In this document: in pieces, positions 57,486 through 64,000 of the stretch
Layout: each line of letters opens with the position of its first letter
Numbering within the stretch: the first letter of the stretch is position 1
Source of the DNA: a phage
Sequence record: PZ496580.1
Length of the DNA stretch: 64,000 nucleotides
Direction: 5' to 3' (one strand)
The notes under the pieces: generated by a model
The model's input: the letters and a program-made list of their open reading frames with translations, nothing else
Databases searched by the model: none
What the model was told of the DNA's origin: nothing
Translations under genes and position numbers: made by a program

Positions 57486-57815
57486 TTAAATCAGTTTAAA
57501 GAAGTTTTCGTTTACATTTTCTTCGGTGATTGCTGTCTTAAATTCTTGACCGTTATCCGGTGTGATGAAATAACGGTCAGAATAATCACGAAAACGTTTT
57601 AAGTGAGATACTCCAACATTAACACCATTTTCCCAGAAACGAAAGGTAATCATTTTTGGTTCATATCGATAGTCGCTGGTTAACACAGTACCATCACCGC
57701 GACGGGCTTCATAAACCGTAATACACTCACGATTAGCGGCTTTAAGGCATTCTTCAATAGTGCCGCACGAGATAATACTTACTGTTTCATCTACGATTTG
57801 TTCTACTGTCCACAT
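57486..57815 (-). CDS. Hypothetical protein (109 aa)
   Basis: ORF behind promoter cassette 57847-57874. Confidence 0.45.
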   Translation of the reverse strand: MWTVEQIVDETVSIISCGTIEECLKAANRECITVYEARRGDGTVLTSDYRYEPKMITFRFWENGVNVGVSHLKRFRDYSDRYFITPDNGQEFKTAITEENVNENFFKLI

Positions 57816-57846
57816 AATATAATCCTCTCTTTGTTTCGATGTTTGT

Positions 57847-57874
57847 ATTATACATCATCTGTATTCGGTGTCAA
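57847..57874 (-). promoter_or_regulatory. Early promoter cassette (variant)
   Basis: TTGACA-N16-TATAAT. Confidence 0.5.
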
Positions 57875-58200
57875 CCTTTTTGTTCCATGAAAAGCGGTGC
57901 TGTTTCTTCTTTCAGTTTGATAACTAGCGCGGAAACTTCATCAAGAAAATCTTTTTCCATATGAGCAAGCATTGATTTAGAATCTTTGATGACTTTCAAA
58001 GAATATTCACTTAGATTTCCTTTTCCTAACAATAATGCGGGATACACACTATGTGGGATCTCGATTTCGTGATATTCGCTCATAGTATAATATTTGTGAA
58101 TTTTTAAATCTATATTTCTTCGTTGTACGTCTACATCAGCAATGACATACAGAAGTTCGATTTTATCACTTTTCTGGGAAAGGGTAGCATTCAAAAACAT
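57871..58200 (-). CDS. Hypothetical protein (109 aa)
   Basis: ORF behind promoter cassette 58230-58258. Confidence 0.45.
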   Translation of the reverse strand: MFLNATLSQKSDKIELLYVIADVDVQRRNIDLKIHKYYTMSEYHEIEIPHSVYPALLLGKGNLSEYSLKVIKDSKSMLAHMEKDFLDEVSALVIKLKEETAPLFMEQKG

Positions 58201-58229
58201 TGTTAATCCTCCGTTGTTTCGATGCTTGT

Positions 58230-58258
58230 ATTATACAACCTCATCTCAGCATGTCAAT
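58230..58258 (-). promoter_or_regulatory. Early promoter cassette (variant)
   Basis: TTGACA-N17-TATAAT. Confidence 0.55.
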
Positions 58259-58281
58259 ATCTTTTTCATAAAATTTTAGGC

Positions 58282-58309
58282 AATAAAAAAGCCTCCCCGA
58301 AGGGAGGCT
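58282..58309 (-). terminator. Terminator after gene 32
   Basis: Hairpin GCCTCCCTTCGGGGAGGC followed by TTTTTTATT. Confidence 0.6.
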
Positions 58310-58319
58310 GTAAAATTCA

Positions 58320-59288
58320 TTACATCGCTAACAGAGAGTCCAGGTCATCCAGATCAGAAGCGGAGGAAGTACCGCCACCCAGATCCAGTGATGCCATCAG
58401 GTCATCAGCGGAAGAATCTGACGCCGTGCTAGCTGCGTTAATACCAACTACAGTGCTAGCTGCGGTAATACCAGAATCGAATGCATTTAAAGCAGCGTCA
58501 AAATCGTCAAGCTGGCTGTTAATCGCTGCCGCAGCACTGGAAGCCGCAGCACCAGCTACCATAGAAACACCCATAGTTTTCTTAAATTTGGTTTCCAGTT
58601 CGTCAAACGGTTTAAACTGGCTAGGCGCTACAATCTCGCCCAGATCAACCATGTTTTCCATCAGATATTTCTGATATGCTTCGTCTTCAATTTTCGGAAG
58701 CTGTGATTGCTGCATGAAACGAGAATCATCATAGTTCTGGTGTTTATCAACTTTCTTAGCTTTCAGGAGGAAGTTAGAACCGGAGAACACACAAGTTACA
58801 TCTACCGGAACTTCGCCCATGTCGGTATTCACGTTCACCATTGCAACGATCTTATCATAAATTTTCTGACCGAAGCGGAATTTGAATACCTTACCTTCAT
58901 TTTCTGGTGCTTGAGGATCTTTCAGTACCAGAATATTTGCGTAGTAAGACGCTTTACGCTTAATCAGTTGCCATTCGGTTTTATCGGTATTGTACAGGTC
59001 TTTTTCGTTAATATATTTGCACACAGGGCAAGAATCAAAATCACCGTGGGTGCTGGAGCAGTTTTCCCAATACCATTTACCATTAACTTTGAAGGAATGG
59101 TTTACCAGTTTCACAATCGGCAGACCGTCTTCTGTCTTAGACGGCAGGAAGCGAATCAGGGCTTCACCGTTACCCGCTGCATCAGTCTTAATCTTCCACT
59201 CTTTCGGATCTTCTTTGGAGAAACCGTTGCCACCTTTCAGTGCGGCCAGTTGAGCTTGCAGTTTGGAAGAATCTTGGCGTTTAAACAT
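58320..59288 (-). CDS. 32: Single-stranded DNA-binding protein (gp32)
   Basis: IRFLPSK ... [14 protein letters not shown] zinc motif; acidic Ser/Ala/Asp-rich C-terminus; start at MFKRQD. Confidence 0.9.
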   Translation of the reverse strand: MFKRQDSSKLQAQLAALKGGNGFSKEDPKEWKIKTDAAGNGEALIRFLPSKTEDGLPIVKLVNHSFKVNGKWYWENCSSTHGDFDSCPVCKYINEKDLYNTDKTEWQLIKRKASYYANILVLKDPQAPENEGKVFKFRFGQKIYDKIVAMVNVNTDMGEVPVDVTCVFSGSNFLLKAKKVDKHQNYDDSRFMQQSQLPKIEDEAYQKYLMENMVDLGEIVAPSQFKPFDELETKFKKTMGVSMVAGAAASSAAAAINSQLDDFDAALNAFDSGITAASTVVGINAASTASDSSADDLMASLDLGGGTSSASDLDDLDSLLAM

Positions 59289-59348
59289 ATTCACTATTCC
59301 TTCTTTTGATTAATTTACTAGACTATTATACAGATTTAAATTTACTTG

Positions 59349-60029
59349 TCAACTATTTGTTTCGGCTTTTAATTGAGATATTTCTTTACACTCTTTAACT
59401 ACTTTAACAAATAATGCTCTTGCTTTTGCGGCGTCAATAACAAGTAGTTTCTTGTACGCCTTCATTTTAACACTATAAGTTTGCCAAATCAAGTCTTTGG
59501 CTACCTTGTCGTGTTCGTCGATTATATTTAGAAAGCTATCTAACAACATAAACGACTCAAACGATATAATCCGATTTTGCAGTAGTTTAAAGATACCGCT
59601 AGTTTCGGTTGCGGGATTGTATGTAATTAGCTCTTTAAGAGTAACCCCGCGTTTCTCGGAGAAGTATACCAGACTTTTAATGTCATCGTCAAATCTTGTT
59701 GCTGCATCGGTTATCTTTCCTATGTATTCCATATAAAAGCCGTATGCGTCAACATCAGTGATTTCACCTACCCATGCATCGGTATTAGCTACCAGATTGC
59801 TTAGGAATAGGAAGTATAATTCTCTTAGATTGTACTTTTCCGCTAATTTCGCGAAATAATACTTATCTCTGCGTTTATTGAATGCGGCATCAGACAACCG
59901 CATCCTCCAATTGTATTTTACGCAATCATAACGCCCGTTCATATGAGCTTTCATCATGCAATATAACATATACACAGATTTAGCATTAATTCGCATATCT
60001 GGATCTGGAGGAAGACGGTTTCTGATCAT
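59349..60029 (-). CDS. 59: Helicase loader (gp59)
   Basis: GKSVY.LY.M.K.HMNG.YD..KYNW.MR.SDAA..KRRDKY.F.KL.EKY matches T4 gp59. Confidence 0.85.
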   Translation of the reverse strand: MIRNRLPPDPDMRINAKSVYMLYCMMKAHMNGRYDCVKYNWRMRLSDAAFNKRRDKYYFAKLAEKYNLRELYFLFLSNLVANTDAWVGEITDVDAYGFYMEYIGKITDAATRFDDDIKSLVYFSEKRGVTLKELITYNPATETSGIFKLLQNRIISFESFMLLDSFLNIIDEHDKVAKDLIWQTYSVKMKAYKKLLVIDAAKARALFVKVVKECKEISQLKAETNS

Positions 60030-60038
60030 ACATACCCC

Positions 60039-60293
60039 TTAAATATCGAGAGTGTTGGTCGGTTCGTCGATCACTCCCTTCCTGAGCGTTCTATTTACTA
60101 TACATTCTTGTGTGATCTTGTCAATAATGGACACCGGAATATACTTCTGATAGTGACCATATTCGATAGAGTTTTCCTCTACAAACTGCGTTGTCGCTTC
60201 AAGATAAGTCAATCCCTCTTCAACAACCAGTTTTTCGATTGCAAGACCGTTTGCTGTTTTGTTCGCGGCTTTTACCGCATGTTCATTAAGCAT
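60039..60293 (-). CDS. 33: Late transcription accessory protein (gp33)
   Basis: YLEATT.F.EENSI and C-terminal TNTLD match T4 gp33; start at second ATG. Confidence 0.65.
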   Translation of the reverse strand: MLNEHAVKAANKTANGLAIEKLVVEEGLTYLEATTQFVEENSIEYGHYQKYIPVSIIDKITQECIVNRTLRKGVIDEPTNTLDI

Positions 60294-60561
60294 TGAACAC
60301 CCGATCATAGAGTTCTACTGCCTCGTCGCGTTCTGCTTCGAAAGTTTCGCGCTGTTGTTGGTGATACAGTTTAAACAGAATGCCCCACATTTTACCGTCT
60401 ACGCCTAATTCTTCTTTAGCACGCTGCTTGATCTCTTTGATCTTATCGCCATATGCTTCTTGAATGGTTTTCTGATCGCTGGCTTCTTTAATCAGTTGTG
60501 CCAGGGTATTTCCGTGCACTGCTTCGTCAAATACTACTTTTTCTTTTTTCTGTTCAGTCAT
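60286..60561 (-). CDS. dsbA: dsDNA-binding protein (DsbA-like)
   Basis: 91 aa; position between 33 and rnh as in T4. Confidence 0.55.
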   Translation of the reverse strand: MTEQKKEKVVFDEAVHGNTLAQLIKEASDQKTIQEAYGDKIKEIKQRAKEELGVDGKMWGILFKLYHQQQRETFEAERDEAVELYDRVFNA

Positions 60562-60565
60562 AATA

Positions 60566-61165
60566 TTAACCCTCTTTAGTCATTAATTGAAAACCACGTT
60601 CAGCTTTTGAGATTTCGCTAGGACTTAAATCGTCACCCACATATTCTAGCATCATTTCTCGGATAATGTCAAGTGCTTTTTCATCACCTGATTTTAACTC
60701 GAACTCAAGTTCATAGTGAGCAACATCACCAATTGATTCACCAAATTTGCCATAGTAGAACGTGTCTTTGCACATTTCAACTATACCACATCCCATATCT
60801 AGAGTCAATGCCTTGCGATATGTCAATACTTGCAATCGAGGAATGACATGGTCTGAGTTTACGCCTAGACTATCAACATAATGATCAAAATCATCCCATT
60901 TTGAAAATGTCATCTCCTCTCGGTTGAATAGCCCAGATTCAGCACTTCCTACTTTGACCATGACCAATGATCTGTTAAAGTCAAGTCGTGCATAAATTCC
61001 TTTTTGACGTAACGCATGATCTTCGGTATCATAATAAAATTCGTGTTTTAATATGTTATCTCGGTCTACGAGATTGTACCCGTCATACATTGCTACCCAC
61101 AAATCACAGATGGTTTCGACGCCAATTTGTGAGTGTGCATAGTATTTTAATTCAAGTTCTTTCAT
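60566..61165 (-). CDS. CYTH-like (triphosphate tunnel metalloenzyme-like) protein
   Basis: N-terminal ELELKY (ExExK), central FYYDTED ... LRQKGIYARL, C-terminal HYELEFEL acidic beta-strand motifs; absent at this position in T4. Confidence 0.5.
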   Translation of the reverse strand: MKELELKYYAHSQIGVETICDLWVAMYDGYNLVDRDNILKHEFYYDTEDHALRQKGIYARLDFNRSLVMVKVGSAESGLFNREEMTFSKWDDFDHYVDSLGVNSDHVIPRLQVLTYRKALTLDMGCGIVEMCKDTFYYGKFGESIGDVAHYELEFELKSGDEKALDIIREMMLEYVGDDLSPSEISKAERGFQLMTKEG

Positions 61166-61175
61166 ATGTCAACCC

Positions 61176-62123
61176 TTAGAACTCACCAATTTTCTGCAAC
61201 ATTTTAACTAACGCATTTGTTACAAAATAGTTATAAATTTTACCGCGTGGTGCTGGTTTAGATTTTTCCCATGCTAACAAAATTTCATATTCGATGTTAT
61301 CGGGAATAAATTCAAAATCAATAAGTTCGCGGTTTTCGTCAAAACGTCGTGCTTCTTCCTCTGTCATCAAAGACTTTGGATCTTCGGCATCGAAAATTTG
61401 CTCTAACCATTTGGTTGCAATTGGTTTAGCTCGTTCCCCTTCCAGTCGTGAGATAATGAAATCACTACGGCACTTGATAGAAGCTACACCGTCTTTTGCG
61501 TCACCCTTAACACATTTTACCATAAGGTCTTTGTAAGGGCTACCATATTTGCATTTCTTCCATGCTTTCTGTACTGGCGCCCACTGTTTCACGTTTTTGT
61601 ATTTGTGCAACTGTGTGTAGTCACCATCGCCGGAGTTGATCAGCACCTGACGACCTTCTACAGAAAACTTTTTAGTTAGCACAGCGATTATATCATCCGC
61701 TTCAACTTTGTCAACCTTAATAACGTGATAAGGCATGTTCTCTTTAAACTCTTCGGTGATCTTATTGATCGCAGCAAAGATCATCTCCCAATCACGCGGA
61801 TCTGCGTCTCGTTTTTCCTTACGGTTGCGTTTATAGTAAGGTGCGATATCACGTCGCCAGTAACCTTTGCTTGAATCAAAAGCAAGTACAGTAATCGGGT
61901 ATTGCTCTTTGAATTTTGTCATATTATAACGCATGGTGTCAAGAATAAGATGACGGATCATGCCTTCACTAATAGGATCTTCCGGTTTAAAGGTATGAGA
62001 GATAGTAGCAATCATAAGTTGAGACATATCAATCAAATGCACACCTTCCGGTAGTTTATCTTCTGGATCATCAAAAAAATCATTAAGTGTAGCGGTAGTT
62101 TTTGTAAACGGGTTATACGTCAT
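61176..62123 (-). CDS. rnh: RNase H (5'-3' exonuclease)
   Basis: SGDGDYTQLHKY.NVKQW.P ... KGDKKD.VASIK.RSDF ... PPRGKIY.YFV match T4 RNase H. Confidence 0.9.
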   Translation of the reverse strand: MTYNPFTKTTATLNDFFDDPEDKLPEGVHLIDMSQLMIATISHTFKPEDPISEGMIRHLILDTMRYNMTKFKEQYPITVLAFDSSKGYWRRDIAPYYKRNRKEKRDADPRDWEMIFAAINKITEEFKENMPYHVIKVDKVEADDIIAVLTKKFSVEGRQVLINSGDGDYTQLHKYKNVKQWAPVQKAWKKCKYGSPYKDLMVKCVKGDAKDGVASIKCRSDFIISRLEGERAKPIATKWLEQIFDAEDPKSLMTEEEARRFDENRELIDFEFIPDNIEYEILLAWEKSKPAPRGKIYNYFVTNALVKMLQKIGEF

Positions 62124-62125
62124 AA

Positions 62126-62311
62126 TTAAGTTCTCTCCACTCTCACAACAACATATTCGCCAAACGAGTTAGATACTTCACGATCATACCCGTATTTCTC
62201 CATAACTCGCAGAATTGCATTGTTTAATTCGGCACGGAAATAATTGTAATCCTTATCTGGGATTCTGTCAACTATCCATTTTGCACCGTCTGACAAATCA
62301 ACTTTAACCAT
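62126..62311 (-). CDS. Hypothetical protein (61 aa)
   Basis: Small ORF immediately upstream of rnh. Confidence 0.4.
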   Translation of the reverse strand: MVKVDLSDGAKWIVDRIPDKDYNYFRAELNNAILRVMEKYGYDREVSNSFGEYVVVRVERT

Positions 62312-62349
62312 AATATATCATCCTCTTTTGTTTCTATCAAGCCTTATTT

Positions 62350-62357
62350 TATAAATA
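62350..62357 (+). promoter_or_regulatory. Late promoter TATAAATA upstream of gene 34
   Basis: Exact TATAAATA 29 nt upstream of ATG 62386; SD AAGGAGA. Confidence 0.5.
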
Positions 62358-62385
62358 TGAACATACTATAAAAGGAGACCCAATA

Positions 62386-64000
62386 ATGGCAGATTTTTCT
62401 CAACATTTCAAGGCCACATTTGGCTTTGACGCTGGTAATGAAAAGGTCGTCAATGTAGCATTGGCTGATAAGAATGTCAACACCGATGCGGTCAACGTTG
62501 AATTTTTCAATTACCATAATGGTATTACTCAGTATGACACAACTCGCGGTTATGATCAATACGGAACTACAATCTATCAAAACCGCCCGTATTATGCAAA
62601 AGAAGATATCACAAAGCCAGCAGGTGATTTTGACCCGACTAAATGGCAAGCACTGCGCACGGACCCACGTTGGGATTATATTGCAGCAACTTCCGGTGAT
62701 ACTCCTTTAAAGTCTGGTGATTATATCGCAGCAGATGGTCAATTTGCAAACTTGACTTTCTCTATGCCAAATAAACCAGCAGAGGGAGACACTATAACAG
62801 TAAAAGATATCGGTGGCAAGTGTGGTGTTAACGAATTATCGTTCTTGAGTTCAGGACATGAGTTTTACCATAACGGTAATGTGTATAACCGCAAATGGTA
62901 TTGCACTACCCCGTATGCAATGAACTATTTCATCTTTGTTCGTAATCGTTGGCATGTTTATCAGACGGGAACAGAGCCACGCGGTGTGTACGCACAACCA
63001 GCGATTGATGCTATTCAAATGCAGAATGGTGATCAGGTATTTCGTCGTAGTTCGTTGGGTAATATTACCTTAGTGCTTCCTAAGTTTGCCAACAATGGCG
63101 ACATGATCCAAACTACAGATCTTGACGGGTTAACCGCAACCAACCACGTTACGGTTAAAGTTCATGAGCACGCAGAAGAACAATCAATTGGCACGTTCGG
63201 TCTAAAAGAGATTATCGGTAAGCGTAGCGGTCATGGTGTATTCATCTTTGACAAGCCGGAAAACTTATGGCGTGTGTGGGATGGTGATCAGTCTGTTCGT
63301 CTTAAACCGATCATCGATGACACTCGCTTGCAACCTAATAGCTATGTTGCTGTATTTGGTGATCATGATGTTACTCTGACGCTGCCGACCAATGTCGAGC
63401 CGGGTGATCGTATTCAAGTTTCTATGCAGTATATGCACGGAAACCAGAATTGCCGTATTATCACCGCCGCAGAGGATACAAAAATCCTTATGCAGAAAAA
63501 TATGGTTCAGTTTCCTAAGCGTAGCGAGTACCCATTCAACGGGACCGAGACATGGAAGGAAGTGTCTGAATTGTCGTTCAATGCGGCTAGTGATTATGTA
63601 CCTTATCTGGAGTTCTCTTATTCAGAAGGTGATGATGGTAAGAAACATTGGCTGGTAGCACACTCTCATCCGATCGTCGAACGAGTAGACCCTACTCGTA
63701 AAGAGCGTGTTGGTGTAATTGCACTGGCTACCCAGACTGAAACGAATAAAAACCATGAAGAGAATCCTAGCGACGAAGTTGCAGTAACACCAAAAATGCT
63801 GGCTAATAAAACCGCCAACGAAACTCGACGCGGTATTGCTCGTATTGCTACTCAGGCGGAAACGCATCAAGATACTGGTTCCAGCTTCCTGGATGATGTT
63901 ATCGTTACACCTAAAAAGTTAAATGACTGTGTTGCTACCGAAGCCCGTCGTGGTGTGATGGAAATTGCAACCCAGCACGAAACCAATGAAGGTTTAGATG
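62386..64000 (+). CDS. 34: Long tail fibre proximal subunit (gp34), 3' end outside window
   Basis: KVVNVALADKNV, FPKRSEYP, ERVDPTRKERVGVIALATQ, ETRRGIARIATQ, TPKKLND match T4 gp34; no stop before window end. Confidence 0.85.
   Translation, partial: MADFSQHFKATFGFDAGNEKVVNVALADKNVNTDAVNVEFFNYHNGITQYDTTRGYDQYGTTIYQNRPYYAKEDITKPAGDFDPTKWQALRTDPRWDYIAATSGDTPLKSGDYIAADGQFANLTFSMPNKPAEGDTITVKDIGGKCGVNELSFLSSGHEFYHNGNVYNRKWYCTTPYAMNYFIFVRNRWHVYQTGTEPRGVYAQPAIDAIQMQNGDQVFRRSSLGNITLVLPKFANNGDMIQTTDLDGLTATNHVTVKVHEHAEEQSIGTFGLKEIIGKRSGHGVFIFDKPENLWRVWDGDQSVRLKPIIDDTRLQPNSYVAVFGDHDVTLTLPTNVEPGDRIQVSMQYMHGNQNCRIITAAEDTKILMQKNMVQFPKRSEYPFNGTETWKEVSELSFNAASDYVPYLEFSYSEGDDGKKHWLVAHSHPIVERVDPTRKERVGVIALATQTETNKNHEENPSDEVAVTPKMLANKTANETRRGIARIATQAETHQDTGSSFLDDVIVTPKKLNDCVATEARRGVMEIATQHETNEGLD

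Overview
This window is a contiguous piece of a T4-like (Tevenvirinae-type) myovirus genome, colinear with T4 from gene 17 (terminase) to the 5' end of gene 34 (long tail fibre). Calls rest on reading the translated ORFs against remembered T4 protein sequences, motifs and synteny; no database search was run. The plus strand carries the late structural block (17, 18, 19, 20, 67, 68, 21, 22, 23, 24, then 51, 27, 28, 29, 48, 54), with several TATAAATA late promoters and hairpin terminators. The minus strand carries hoc, uvsY, 25, 26, alt, 30 (ligase), 31, cd, pseT, rnlA, denA, nrdB, nrdA, td, frd, 32, 59, 33, dsbA and rnh. The accessory content departs from T4 in several places: (1) a late fibre-like module inserted between genes 23 and 24; (2) a DprA/SLOG-like gene and a repeat-bearing 410 bp non-coding region where T4 has rnlB; (3) two tandem Hoc paralogs, one with a greatly expanded Ig array; (4) about 16 copies of a sigma70-like early promoter cassette with a palindromic spacer (PeSL-type), each driving small ORFs, including a multi-copy small-protein family; (5) a translationally coupled early operon encoding a minimal C5-methyltransferase-like protein, a zinc-ribbon protein and a DUF262/ParB-like protein; (6) a NADAR/YbiA-like gene next to DNA ligase, near two Alt-type ADP-ribosyltransferases; (7) a CYTH-like gene between dsbA and rnh; (8) a thymidylate synthase with a roughly 135 aa in-frame insertion and no intron. 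The promoter cassettes resemble those described in RB49-type pseudo-T-even phages, but the phage identity is an inference.
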